From a virus, in the IMG/VR virus record IMGVR_UViG_3300027782_000078, positions 6,476 through 70,475 of that record: a DNA stretch of 64,000 nucleotides. One strand, 5' to 3'. This document shows positions 52,186-61,276 of the stretch, piece after piece (the first letter of the stretch is position 1; each line of letters begins with the position of its first letter). The notes beneath the pieces are model-generated. The model was not told the DNA's origin. It saw only the letters and a list, made by a program, of their open reading frames with translations, and searched no databases. Both the position numbers and the translations under genes were made by a program.

Positions 52186-52434
52186 CTACGCCTTGGGCGG
52201 ACTGTCCGGAGCCGGAGTGGGTCCGGACTTTCCTTCCCGCTGAGCCTTCGTCTCGTTGCCATAGGATTTTGGTGTAAGGAAGTAAGAAGACACCGCACCC
52301 GTCAACCCCACCAGCGCTACTTGCGCCTGCTCGCTTCCATTCCACACCGCCGCGTAAATCGTTGCCACAATGGTCAGAATGGCAATCGTTGACGCAATCA
52401 CCTCGACGATTGACGGATCATCATGCAGCTTCAT
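52186..52434 (-). CDS. Small two-TM protein (holin-like)
   Basis: GGAGGT RBS; two hydrophobic helices and a charged tail. Confidence 0.55.
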   Translation of the reverse strand: MKLHDDPSIVEVIASTIAILTIVATIYAAVWNGSEQAQVALVGLTGAVSSYFLTPKSYGNETKAQREGKSGPTPAPDSPPKA

Positions 52435-52565
52435 TCGTTGACACCTCCCAATGAATCAATGATAAAGGGAGTTGACAATTCGACGCGGCTGTTGACACGA
52501 CTCCGGTTGACCCAAGCCGTACCGTTGACAGCCCGGATCGTTGACACGTCCGGGCCGTCTTGCGG

Positions 52566-52883
52566 CTACTCCGCCTTGGCCTTCGCCGCCACGGTTGCCT
52601 TTGCCTTGGCCACTCGACGGGCAATCTCCTCGGCAGGAATGTTGAGCTTCCGGCGCTCCGTGCGTCCGATCCGGAATACCACCTTGGTCGAATCGGAAGG
52701 AATCCGGACCAGTCTCTTGCTCAGCCTGTCCGCTGCACGGTTCAGACTGCGCATCACCTTGCGTGTCGTCTCGCCGCTCTCAATCGTCTGCTCAACCCGC
52801 TGCCCGTACACCAGTGGCTCCAGAAACTTCATGTATGACGTGAGATCTTCCGAGCTATTGGAGATCTTCGCCTTCTCAAACAT
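52566..52883 (-). CDS. Basic hypothetical protein
   Basis: AAGGA RBS; upstream promoter. Confidence 0.6.
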   Translation of the reverse strand: MFEKAKISNSSEDLTSYMKFLEPLVYGQRVEQTIESGETTRKVMRSLNRAADRLSKRLVRIPSDSTKVVFRIGRTERRKLNIPAEEIARRVAKAKATVAAKAKAE

Positions 52884-52951
52884 TGGCACGTTCGTGCTTC
52901 CTTTCTTGTTGTGACAGCTGCCCGTGTTGGCAACCATCCTTCTGCAAGGTA

Positions 52952-52980
52952 ATGGTAGACGATCCCGGCGAACCTGTCAA
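52952..52980 (-). promoter_or_regulatory. Sigma70-type promoter
   Basis: TTGACA-N17-TACCAT on the minus strand. Confidence 0.7.
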
Positions 52981-53177
52981 GCCGTAGGACCATTCATGTT
53001 GACTCCGTTCGGATTTGCAATCCGTTGGCAGTCAGCACTTTTTTCCAATTGTCATTTTCTTTGCCTGCATGCTTTTCCATTGCGCTCTTTTGCGCGTTGA
53101 CTGCAGCTCCGGAAATGACACGATGACCATTTCACCTTGCCCGCATGTTCCGTTGATACACCGGATCACCACGTTGA

Positions 53178-53253
53178 GTTGATACTCTCGGTTGGCACAT
53201 TCCGTTGATATATCTGGTTGGCACATGTAGTTGGCACATCCTAGTTGATATGC
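53178..53253. repeat. 13-bp-period array of GTTG(AT/GC)A units
   Basis: Units at 53178, 53191, 53204, 53217, 53230 and 53244. Confidence 0.75.
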
Positions 53254-53440
53254 ACTTTCTTTATGAAGTTGTCAATGTGCAATTTGCCCATGAAGGTTTG
53301 TGGTATGCAATTCAGCTAACCACAAATTCCTCGAACAGGCTTTCTAGTCCGGACGCTTCCGTTCGAACCGATGTTCTAGTATACCAGCTCCAGCTCAGTT
53401 GTCAATGACGGAATTGCATAAATGATTGAATAGAGGAACG

Positions 53441-53493
53441 GCACCTACGACATTAACGACTCGGGAGCCGAAGGTCGTTAATGTCGTAGGTGC
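53441..53493. repeat. Variant module hairpin (20-bp perfect inverted repeat)
   Basis: GCACCTACGACATTAACGAC...GTCGTTAATGTCGTAGGTGC. Confidence 0.8.
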
Positions 53494-53509
53494 GATCTTT
53501 GTAAAGAAA

Positions 53510-53538
53510 CCCTCCGGGTAAGGGGGTTACCCGGAGGG
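53510..53538. terminator. GC-rich hairpin, possible terminator
   Basis: CCCTCCGGGTAA-GGGGG-TTACCCGGAGGG. Confidence 0.5.
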
Positions 53539-53717
53539 CGGCGGGAAAATCGCATCATGCACATCAATCACTACAGGTGCAGAGATGTGACAAGGTAGGC
53601 AGTTCCTGCCATCGTTATCATGACAGGAAGGCTTCGCTTGCGTTCATGATGCTAGCCTGTCACTACATGCCACAAGGCGGCAGCATGATTGGTGGGGGAA
53701 GCACCTGTGACAGATTT

Positions 53718-54050
53718 CTATGGGGACTCGGCCCCGAAATGTTGTTCCTCAGTTTTCTTGCGAAGAAAGAATGTCTCAATTTCAACATTGAGTTGTTCTA
53801 CTATCTGAGGGGTAACGTAGTCAGACAACGCTTCTTCGGCTGCGTTGCATATTTCACGCTTGTCATCATATGAAAACGGATAATTTTCATATTCGTCAGG
53901 AACAGAGGCAGATGAAACCAAGTCATCCCAAGTGTGGAATACCATTACCGCTGGAATCTTGTGATACAAATACAATACCTGAATAATGTCCACCACTTCA
54001 TCGTGTGACATCTCGGACAATTGTTTCTTGAGGGCTTCCAAGTCAAACAT
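53718..54050 (-). CDS. Hypothetical acidic protein
   Basis: ORF; start uncertain (54050 or 54092). Confidence 0.55.
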   Translation of the reverse strand: MFDLEALKKQLSEMSHDEVVDIIQVLYLYHKIPAVMVFHTWDDLVSSASVPDEYENYPFSYDDKREICNAAEEALSDYVTPQIVEQLNVEIETFFLRKKTEEQHFGAESP

Positions 54051-54057
54051 TTTCTTC

Positions 54058-54354
54058 TCAATCGGAATGCTTATCTTGCTTGTTTGCGACATGTTCGCCG
54101 TAGTTTCCCATGAGCAGCAAGTTGTGTTTTTGCATTTCATGAGTCATCATTTTTGATGACAAGACGAGTTCTTCCATTCCCGCTATGTAATCAAACTCAT
54201 CGTCATCAGCAGAACGTTCATTAATCAATGAAAAATCAGCGATAAGATTGACAATCTGATTGAGCAACACCGTTGCATCGTAATCTTGTTGCAGATATTT
54301 CTCGCAGAGAATGGCAACGTTGCTGTTTTGTTGGTTAAGATCTAGTTCTTCCAT
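54058..54354 (-). CDS. Hypothetical acidic protein
   Basis: TAATG-coupled start. Confidence 0.55.
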   Translation of the reverse strand: MEELDLNQQNSNVAILCEKYLQQDYDATVLLNQIVNLIADFSLINERSADDDEFDYIAGMEELVLSSKMMTHEMQKHNLLLMGNYGEHVANKQDKHSD

Positions 54355-54617
54355 TATTCTATCCTCATGATTCTGCAAGTATTCACGCACCATCCGTGCG
54401 CGTCGCTGAGTTGATCAACAACGTCTTCAATAATTTCTTCGTACATGCGCTCATTACTAAGCACGGTGTCCAATGGAGGAATCGAATCATAGTTGTCATC
54501 GAGTTTTACCAACAATGTCTTTGGCAAGTCACTAAAATGATGACACGAACAACATTCTGGCGCGTCACCATCATCAGTCTCAGTGTCCCAGTAAATCTCT
54601 GTTACCTTGAATATCAC
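54354..54617 (-). CDS. Hypothetical protein
   Basis: VTEIYWDT.....LP....D.LSD.HGWCV pattern; GTGA overlap. Confidence 0.6.
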   Translation of the reverse strand: MIFKVTEIYWDTETDDGDAPECCSCHHFSDLPKTLLVKLDDNYDSIPPLDTVLSNERMYEEIIEDVVDQLSDAHGWCVNTCRIMRIE

Positions 54618-54904
54618 TGTGATTTTTTCTCCATTTTTGACAAACCAAAGCGGTCAAGGTATTCTATCTGATTTTCCAAGACATCCTGCCCCTGATCTCC
54701 GCATATCTCTTGCAACAGTTCGGCGCATTCCATGAGAATGCTGATTGCAGCCTCGTGAGTAATTGGCTTGTACCCTAAGACCGCTATGCTTTTATGCACA
54801 TCTTCTGCCGACCAGACAATTGCAACAAGATCGTTTTTCTCTGCAATCCTGAAGATTCTGTCACTTGCCTCGTTGGCATCCTTCTCTGTTGATACGTCGG
54901 ACAT
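54614..54904 (-). CDS. Hypothetical protein
   Basis: AIVWSAEDV motif shared with 57590-57862; AAGGA RBS. Confidence 0.6.
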   Translation of the reverse strand: MSDVSTEKDANEASDRIFRIAEKNDLVAIVWSAEDVHKSIAVLGYKPITHEAAISILMECAELLQEICGDQGQDVLENQIEYLDRFGLSKMEKKSQ

Positions 54905-54927
54905 GAGTCCAGATCCTTTCTGCCTTA

Positions 54928-55021
54928 AGTATACAGACGGCAGCGATTGACAACAAGTTGCAATCCGGTTGCAGTCACTCTCTCCCACCTACGACACTTT
55001 CGAGAGAAAGTGTCGTAGGGG
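54928..55021 (-). repeat. Cassette-boundary module, short variant copy
   Basis: TTGTTG-N17-TATACT promoter, GTTGCAATCCGGTTGCA, CCTACGACAC hairpin at 54988-55019. Confidence 0.8.
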
Positions 55022-55052
55022 CGACACTTCTCGAACTATTGGAGCTGTGGTT

Positions 55053-55454
55053 TTAATTCAACACAAACGGCACAAGATCAGCATCATCATCCTGCATATC
55101 GGAAATGATATGCATGAATAATTCCTGAAAGATCTTTTCCATTTGCATGTGAGCAAGAAGATGTCCTTCGGCGATGGTCTTGGCGCACATTGCATCATCA
55201 CGAAGTCGGATCATTGTATCGGACATCTTGTCTGCCGACTCTTGCAATTCTTCGATGCCATCATCAACATTGGCTTCTTCAACAATCTTGCAAAACATGT
55301 CGTGACGAGCGAGAGCCGCAGTAAGTCCGATGCGCTTATAGGTATCTTTCGGATTGGAAGGATCGGTTTCCATAAGCATGCTGCGCATTTCTTCCCTCGT
55401 CTTTGAGGCAAGCGTCAAAAATCTGTGGAATGTGGTATCTGAGTTACTGTTCAT
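55053..55454 (-). CDS. Hypothetical protein
   Basis: 133-aa helical ORF. Confidence 0.6.
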   Translation of the reverse strand: MNSNSDTTFHRFLTLASKTREEMRSMLMETDPSNPKDTYKRIGLTAALARHDMFCKIVEEANVDDGIEELQESADKMSDTMIRLRDDAMCAKTIAEGHLLAHMQMEKIFQELFMHIISDMQDDDADLVPFVLN

Positions 55455-55821
55455 TGCGATTCTCGGAGCTTTCTAAATCCGACTTGATTGATTCAAGCTC
55501 AAGCAATGCATTCTTCATTGCGTTCATTGTGCGGTCATTGTCAGGGTGAATACTGATCGTAACCCAGACTTGCACCATTTCGTCGTTTTTTCTGTCACGA
55601 TGAAATACCTTGGGCATTGACTGTGCTTTCTGAATGTGATATGCGCCAACTCCGGGGCCATCAATAAACTTTGACGGAGTGAACTTGGAGCGATAGATCG
55701 CGTGCTTCTTGTTCTCAATACGATGATATAGCGTGTCTGCTATTCTCTCGTATTTTTTTGGATCGTTATTCCACATAATGCGCTTTCCATTTTGATTGGC
55801 AGTTTTGGAGGGGTCTGCCAA
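55444..55821 (-). CDS. Hypothetical protein
   Basis: 125-aa ORF. Confidence 0.55.
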   Translation of the reverse strand: MADPSKTANQNGKRIMWNNDPKKYERIADTLYHRIENKKHAIYRSKFTPSKFIDGPGVGAYHIQKAQSMPKVFHRDRKNDEMVQVWVTISIHPDNDRTMNAMKNALLELESIKSDLESSENRNEQ

Positions 55822-55830
55822 CCCTGTGTC

Positions 55831-56481
55831 TTACTGAACAACCTTCCAGTTGTCTTCGGTCTTGACCCATGTCCTTGGCAACATCACGTCGATCATCTGC
55901 TGTTGCTTCTCTGGAGTGACGCCGCTTGCCCTGTGCAAGTCGTTGAGAATGCCGCGAATTTCCCGTAGCGACATTTCAATGCGCTCAAGTGTTTCCGTGT
56001 GTGCGTTGACGGTGCTGCTCATCTCGGCAATGGCCGTGCTGGTGTTGTCAACTTCGGTACTCATGGCATCAAGGGAGTGACCGTAATCGTCAGCAAAGCT
56101 GCAACTGACAGAGCTGTCTTCGAGAACATCTCGAAATGAGAAATCGTTCAATGTGGATTCGACACTGGCTGCAACGGTTCGCCTGATTGCACTCAGGTCA
56201 ACAAGGTCTCGTTCATACAAGTTGTCAACGATCTTTTGTACGGTCGTGTCAATCTCTGCCAGCGCGGGAGCATTTTGAATGAAGTCGTGCAAGGTGACAT
56301 CAACCTGAAACAAGCGATCCTTGACAACCGAAACATTGCGTCCAAGGTTCTCGATTTTTTCGTTAGCAGCAACGATTGACGTTTCGTACTTGGTAAAGGT
56401 TTTCGTCAAATCGGTGATGCCGACAAACGATGATACCTTTGCGCGGATGCTGCTAAGACTTCCGGTAAGCGTAGAGAGCAT
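55831..56481 (-). CDS. Coiled-coil hypothetical protein
   Basis: AAGGAGG RBS after the module promoter. Confidence 0.65.
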   Translation of the reverse strand: MLSTLTGSLSSIRAKVSSFVGITDLTKTFTKYETSIVAANEKIENLGRNVSVVKDRLFQVDVTLHDFIQNAPALAEIDTTVQKIVDNLYERDLVDLSAIRRTVAASVESTLNDFSFRDVLEDSSVSCSFADDYGHSLDAMSTEVDNTSTAIAEMSSTVNAHTETLERIEMSLREIRGILNDLHRASGVTPEKQQQMIDVMLPRTWVKTEDNWKVVQ

Positions 56482-56526
56482 TTTGCCCCTCCTTGTTGTT
56501 TCTGGTCACATCCTGACCACACATGA

Positions 56527-56660
56527 ATAATACCAACGGCAGAGACAGAACGCCAGTTGCCAGTGGTTGCAATCCGGTTGCACCGTTATGTGCGCAACGG
56601 AATAATCGTGACCACCGACGACGCGCATGCGTCGTCGGGGCCGGTCTCCCGGCCCCTTTT
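56527..56660 (-). repeat. Cassette-boundary module copy 1
   Basis: TGGCGT-N17-TATTAT promoter; boxes; palindrome 56615-56638; GC hairpin. Confidence 0.9.
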
Positions 56661-56661
56661 G

Positions 56662-56889
56662 TCATTGCGCTTTTTGTCGATTGATCCATTTCTGACAGAC
56701 AATTGCAGTGTATTTTTCGAAGTCAGAATAGGCAACGTCTACGATGTCGTCATATCCTCCGTACTCTTCTATCTCGTGCATGATCGCTGCAACCATCGCT
56801 GGAGGAATATCGAGTTCGTATTTATGAACGAAATCATCAATGCTGTCCGTGTCCCAGACAAGTTCTTTTTGGAACAGTACTTTGTCCAT
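56662..56889 (-). CDS. Hypothetical acidic protein
   Basis: AAGGAAGGA RBS. Confidence 0.6.
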   Translation of the reverse strand: MDKVLFQKELVWDTDSIDDFVHKYELDIPPAMVAAIMHEIEEYGGYDDIVDVAYSDFEKYTAIVCQKWINRQKAQ

Positions 56890-56890
56890 G

Positions 56891-57121
56891 TCATCCTTCC
56901 TTGTTGAACGAAATGCCCACATCGGCATGCTTTACCCACAAGTCGAAAATCTTACCTTCGGTACCATCGACGATTTCTTTGATTTCCGTCAAGCGATGCT
57001 CAATGTTCTCAATGCGATCATCATTGACAATCGCGTCCTCGATCATATTGAGTTGTTGGGAAATCTTGTCGATTGCCTTGGTAAGTTCCAGTACGGCATG
57101 CGCTAATTCATCGTTACTCAT
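56891..57121 (-). CDS. Hypothetical coiled-coil protein
   Basis: GAGGA RBS; ATG 57121. Confidence 0.6.
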   Translation of the reverse strand: MSNDELAHAVLELTKAIDKISQQLNMIEDAIVNDDRIENIEHRLTEIKEIVDGTEGKIFDLWVKHADVGISFNKEG

Positions 57122-57386
57122 CTGTTTCGTCCTCTGCCTCGTCGTCCGTAATCCAGTTGTCAAACGCTGCCTGTGCAAGTTCGGCGTTGGGAAAAGCTTG
57201 CACGTCCTTGAACCCGTAGTTGTCCACAGCGAGGATGAACGACAAACCCTTCCACTCCGGCCAATCAACTGGCTCTATCAACAAGGTGGCGTGTCCGTCA
57301 CCATACTGCACGTCTCCGGTTGTGGGCCATGAGCCATCAAGTGACAACTCATACAAGTGATCCATGAGCGTTGAAAAGTTGTTCAT
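57114..57386 (-). CDS. Hypothetical acidic protein
   Basis: GGAGGA RBS; ATG 57386. Confidence 0.65.
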   Translation of the reverse strand: MNNFSTLMDHLYELSLDGSWPTTGDVQYGDGHATLLIEPVDWPEWKGLSFILAVDNYGFKDVQAFPNAELAQAAFDNWITDDEAEDETDE

Positions 57387-57417
57387 TGTCAGTCCTCCGC
57401 GTTGATGTCCTGTCATA

Positions 57418-57553
57418 AGTATACAGACGGATGCGTTCAGACGCTAGCAAATGAGGTCTCAGTTTGGTTGCATCGCTATATGCGCAACGGAATAATCGTG
57501 ACCACCGACGACGCGCATGCGTCGTCGGGGCCGGTTTCCCGGCCCCCTTTTTT
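57418..57553 (-). repeat. Cassette-boundary module copy 2
   Basis: TAGCGT-N17-TATACT; palindrome 57505-57528; GC hairpin. Confidence 0.9.
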
Positions 57554-57589
57554 GTTCTCCGCGATCATTATTCTTCAAGTGCTTGTTCG

Positions 57590-57862
57590 TCAGTCATTGG
57601 ACAATTCCTTTCGTGCTAATTCAAAGTATCGTCTTGCGCTAATCCAAAGAAATTCTTGAATATCTTCTTCGGCCGCAAGAAGAATTACCTGTGCTTGTTC
57701 AGTAGTTACTGTTGAATCATTGCTCAATGATGTTGCAAGTATTTGTTGCACATCTTCTGGCGTCCAGATAAGTGTGACAAACTTGTTCTTTTTTGCCCAA
57801 TCGTGCATTTCCGCAGCAATGTCTTTTGCAGGAAGCGTAATGCCAATTTCTCCATCAGTCAT
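57590..57862 (-). CDS. Hypothetical protein
   Basis: LIWTPEDV motif shared with 54614-54904. Confidence 0.6.
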   Translation of the reverse strand: MTDGEIGITLPAKDIAAEMHDWAKKNKFVTLIWTPEDVQQILATSLSNDSTVTTEQAQVILLAAEEDIQEFLWISARRYFELARKELSND

Positions 57863-58043
57863 TGTTCAGTTCCATGTTATCGTTATCCTCTTCGTCGTCA
57901 TCGTCGGCGACCTCAACACCGAGGTAACGCTTCGCATCCAAGATTGCGTCCTTCAGATGCCTAGACATGGCATCTGATGAAACGTCTTCTTCGATCTGCT
58001 CGACAAGGTTCGTTAGCAAATCGATGGCTTCCTCAACCTTCAT
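57855..58043 (-). CDS. Small acidic protein
   Basis: AAGGAG RBS; TAATG-coupled start. Confidence 0.6.
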   Translation of the reverse strand: MKVEEAIDLLTNLVEQIEEDVSSDAMSRHLKDAILDAKRYLGVEVADDDDEEDNDNMELNND

Positions 58044-58381
58044 TAGTCTTCTCCTTCTCGAAGCCATGCTTCGGCTCTTGCCAGTCCCGATACAATCGCC
58101 GGAACATCCGCAAGCATTTCCTCGTTCCAGTTGACGGTCAACGACGCAAACGCGGCGCATGCTGCCCGGACAAGCACCGTGACAATGAGTTCGGTGGTTG
58201 CCCCGGCATCATCCGTCAGGCGTTCGATGATGCAGTTTGCAAAATCCTGCTCTGCCTGTAGGATGTCAATGCGTTGCCAGTCATCACCATCATGGGTGGA
58301 TGATGAACCCCACTGATCCACTCCGTCTACCAGCAAGCCACGGACGATTTCTCGTCCCTCTTTGATCCGTGTGTCACTCAT
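58043..58381 (-). CDS. Hypothetical protein
   Basis: AAGGA RBS after the module promoter. Confidence 0.6.
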   Translation of the reverse strand: MSDTRIKEGREIVRGLLVDGVDQWGSSSTHDGDDWQRIDILQAEQDFANCIIERLTDDAGATTELIVTVLVRAACAAFASLTVNWNEEMLADVPAIVSGLARAEAWLREGED

Positions 58382-58400
58382 TCTGCATCCTTTTCTCTTT

Positions 58401-58574
58401 ATTATACAGACATAGCCGTCTACATGCATGTACGTAGGGTTGCAGTGAGGTTGCAAGAATATGTTGACAATGGAGTAATTGCGACCACCGACGACGCGCA
58501 TGCGTCGTCGGGGCTGCTGATTATTTATTGACGCAACAGGATAACCGGACGGGATTCCCCGTCCGGTTATTGCG
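58401..58574 (-). repeat. Cassette-boundary module copy 3 (second hairpin replaced by a different one at 58541-58570)
   Basis: ATGCAT-N17-TATAAT; palindrome 58488-58511. Confidence 0.88.
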
Positions 58575-59438
58575 TTATTGAATAACTGTGAGTTGCCTGA
58601 TCATTTTCCGCTCGGACTTGATCTTGGCATGACCCTTGTACATAACTGGTACATCAGGGTTATCCCAACATGTCCTGCATTCACCACATTCGTTATTTTG
58701 AAGTGATGATGGACAAGTGTATTCGCCACGGGTGGACACTCCGGTTCCTGCACTCAATCCATTTACAGTCGGAGCGGGAATGTTGGCTGGTAATGCACTG
58801 GGTCGCACGGTGGTATTTCCTACTGCGTTCATTTCTTTCATGATGTTCAGAATGACGGTCGCCCGTTCCTTTTTCTCCATAGTCCACTTTTTGTTTATGT
58901 ACCATCCTCTTGTTGGTATCCAGAAGCGAACGGATGGATCAATGGCATACACACGACGGATGACACGTAACCAAGCGTTGGCATATTCTGGACTGTACAT
59001 ATCTCCGCTATCATGGATGCGGAAATACTTGATTTTTTTGGTAGACAGAATAATTGCACCAACCATGTAGTTGACCCATGCGTCAACATTATCGCGCAAC
59101 ATTATTTCTGTCCAAACCAAACGTTCCAATTGTGCGTTTTTGACAACGTCAGTGTTGTACCGTCCGCTTCTGGCATAGCAACCGGCGCAAATAAATACAA
59201 GCAAATCAATAATCTGATCAAACATGGAACGTGTTTCGTCGTCGACTGCGTTGACATGAGTGACGGCACTCGGACAAGTAACAAACGATCCGCCCAGACG
59301 GTCATCCTTTACGCCTAGAGCGGGAATACTAAACGACTGTCCGGGCATCTTGGACGGCGTTGTGAGCAATTTTGTTGTCGTTTCTGGAACAATGATGTTT
59401 CCATGACGACGAACAAACGTTTCGTGCTTGGCAACCAT
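58575..59438 (-). CDS. Gp88-family Fe-S/radical-SAM-like phage protein
   Basis: SKMPG..FSIPA, CP...C.GCYA, FRIHDSGD, W.PTR, CP......CGECRTCW. Confidence 0.8.
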   Translation of the reverse strand: MVAKHETFVRRHGNIIVPETTTKLLTTPSKMPGQSFSIPALGVKDDRLGGSFVTCPSAVTHVNAVDDETRSMFDQIIDLLVFICAGCYARSGRYNTDVVKNAQLERLVWTEIMLRDNVDAWVNYMVGAIILSTKKIKYFRIHDSGDMYSPEYANAWLRVIRRVYAIDPSVRFWIPTRGWYINKKWTMEKKERATVILNIMKEMNAVGNTTVRPSALPANIPAPTVNGLSAGTGVSTRGEYTCPSSLQNNECGECRTCWDNPDVPVMYKGHAKIKSERKMIRQLTVIQ

Positions 59439-59458
59439 TACGGTTTCCTCCTGCACTA

Positions 59459-59587
59459 ATAATACCAACGATGCAGGCTATTATCAACGTCCCGAGGTAT
59501 CAATTCGGTTGCAGGAATATGGCAACAACGGAATAATCGATACCACCGACGACGCGCATGCGTCGTCGGGGCTGGTTTCCCAACCCC
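59459..59587 (-). repeat. Cassette-boundary module copy 4
   Basis: TTGATA-N17-TATTAT; palindrome 59546-59569. Confidence 0.9.
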
Positions 59588-59593
59588 GGCGCG

Positions 59594-59800
59594 TTACCGC
59601 CAATCTTCGACACCCATATAATGGATTACGCGGGTCTGGCCCTCGTCAATGAGAGCCTCCATGTCAGCAGTTTCGTACCGCATCGTCTCGCTAACGAGTT
59701 CTTCGATGACTGCTTCAACCTTGTCCGCGTCTCCCTCAATGCCATCACGAAGTATTTTTTCAAAGTCGCTTCTTGTAGTTGCTACTTGTTTTCGTTTCAT
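59594..59800 (-). CDS. Small hypothetical protein
   Basis: ATGA overlap with upstream gene. Confidence 0.55.
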   Translation of the reverse strand: MKRKQVATTRSDFEKILRDGIEGDADKVEAVIEELVSETMRYETADMEALIDEGQTRVIHYMGVEDWR

Positions 59801-60384
59801 TTTTCTTCTTCCGTGTTTTCTTCAAGCATTTTCCCGAACTCTTTGGCTGAGTTGATAATGTCAAACTCATTGATAATATCTTCAGGAATATCAGATATGT
59901 CTTCAATCTGATAATGTGCATCGTGGTCGTTTTTCCATTTGCCGCAGAACATCATTCCCCATTCAATGTAATAAGCGATAATCTCGTATCCGTTTTTCAC
60001 TGCATGTTCGTAGGCAGGAATGGGGGGTGCCCAAGCAGTATCAAACGAAATGTTGACAGTATACATTTCGCCGTCGTGGTGTATTGGAGCAAGACCGGAC
60101 TGGTCTGCGTCGTAAGCAAAATCGGGATTGATATCCCACTTGGTGCCCCAGTTGTTGATACGCCAAGTGTATCCATCGACTGCACCGTACTTCTCGATAT
60201 GAGACTTGTCTTCTTCGGTGTATTCATCGACTGACCTGAACGACGTTGACTTCTCCATGAGTTCCTTGGGAACAGGATGCCAATACTCAAGCAGACTGCC
60301 GTCAAGGTAAGCGGCCCTTGCTTTCTCCAGTTCGCTTTTGTCTGCATGGGATAATTCAACATTGTTGTTGCACCAATTGGGCAT
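59797..60384 (-). CDS. Api92/YubB ferredoxin-like (DUF1281) family protein
   Basis: MPNWC.N...WRINNWGTKWD...FDTAWAPP...E.GM.FCG. Confidence 0.85.
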   Translation of the reverse strand: MPNWCNNNVELSHADKSELEKARAAYLDGSLLEYWHPVPKELMEKSTSFRSVDEYTEEDKSHIEKYGAVDGYTWRINNWGTKWDINPDFAYDADQSGLAPIHHDGEMYTVNISFDTAWAPPIPAYEHAVKNGYEIIAYYIEWGMMFCGKWKNDHDAHYQIEDISDIPEDIINEFDIINSAKEFGKMLEENTEEEK

Positions 60385-60405
60385 TTCGGTTCGCCTCCTG
60401 ACATA

Positions 60406-60534
60406 ATTATACAGACATAGCCGTCTACATGCATGTACGCAGGGTTGCAGTCCGGTTGCAACGATATGATGACAGCGGAGTAATCTCGACCCCCGACGAC
60501 GCGAACGCGTCGTCGGGGCCGGTTTCCCGGCCCC
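60406..60534 (-). repeat. Cassette-boundary module copy 5
   Basis: ATGCAT-N17-TATAAT; palindrome 60493-60516 with loop GAAC. Confidence 0.9.
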
Positions 60535-60542
60535 AACCTATC

Positions 60543-60710
60543 TCAGCGGGACATTTCCTTGTACTGGTATTCAGCAATGGTCTTGCGTGCTTCGTAGTAC
60601 ATCTGACGCCAACGGTCTGCTTCTTTGGTTTCCCAGATGCACAATTTACCAAGCACAAACAGGGATGCCAGAAAAAGCGCGAAGAGCAAAATATCAATCC
60701 ACATCGCCAT
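60543..60710 (-). CDS. 55-aa single-TM protein (below ORF-track cutoff)
   Basis: MAMWIDILLFALFLASLFVLGKLCIW...; TAAGGA RBS. Confidence 0.6.
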   Translation of the reverse strand: MAMWIDILLFALFLASLFVLGKLCIWETKEADRWRQMYYEARKTIAEYQYKEMSR

Positions 60711-60716
60711 TCGTCC

Positions 60717-61115
60717 TTATGGTTGATCTTCGAAAGGTACAGTATTGTAGAACGATGTCCAAGGATGACCAACACTTTCGGAACCATCATATTCCGATAT
60801 GATGTATTCTCTCCCCAAAGCGCGATCCCATTCATGAATGTACAGTGTTGATATTCCTTTCATTCCAGCATTTTCTCCGAGTGCTTCGACGCAAGCAATC
60901 AGCAGCGGATTTGTCCGGCTTTCAGAATAACTGAAATCCCATATGACGCGATCCATCAACTGTTCTGTCGTCTCGTCTGGCTTGACAGTAAAGCCACGTT
61001 GGATCAGAAACGCCTTCGGATCAAGGCCGCTAGCAAAAAACCACGCCTTTGCTTGATCCGACAAGTGAAATCCCCCGAACTGGATGTTGATAACTACCTT
61101 GTAGGTTGCCGTCAT
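60717..61115 (-). CDS. Conserved phage hypothetical protein
   Basis: KVVIN..FGGF.LS...R..P.LI..VE.LG...I.EYDG.E motif. Confidence 0.75.
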   Translation of the reverse strand: MTATYKVVINIQFGGFHLSDQAKAWFFASGLDPKAFLIQRGFTVKPDETTEQLMDRVIWDFSYSESRTNPLLIACVEALGENAGMKGISTLYIHEWDRALGREYIISEYDGSESVGHPWTSFYNTVPFEDQP

Positions 61116-61141
61116 TTCCGCCCCTTTCGTGTCCTGTCATA

Positions 61142-61270
61142 AGTATACAGACGCATGCGTCTATTGTCACGGGTTGACGGTTGCAATCCGGTTGCACCGT
61201 TATGTTGGCAACGGAATAATCGAGATCACCGACGACGCGTATGCGTCGTCGGGGCCGGTTTCCCGGCCCC
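61142..61270 (-). repeat. Cassette-boundary module copy 6
   Basis: GTGACA-N17-TATACT; palindrome 61229-61252. Confidence 0.9.
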
Positions 61271-61276
61271 GATCAT

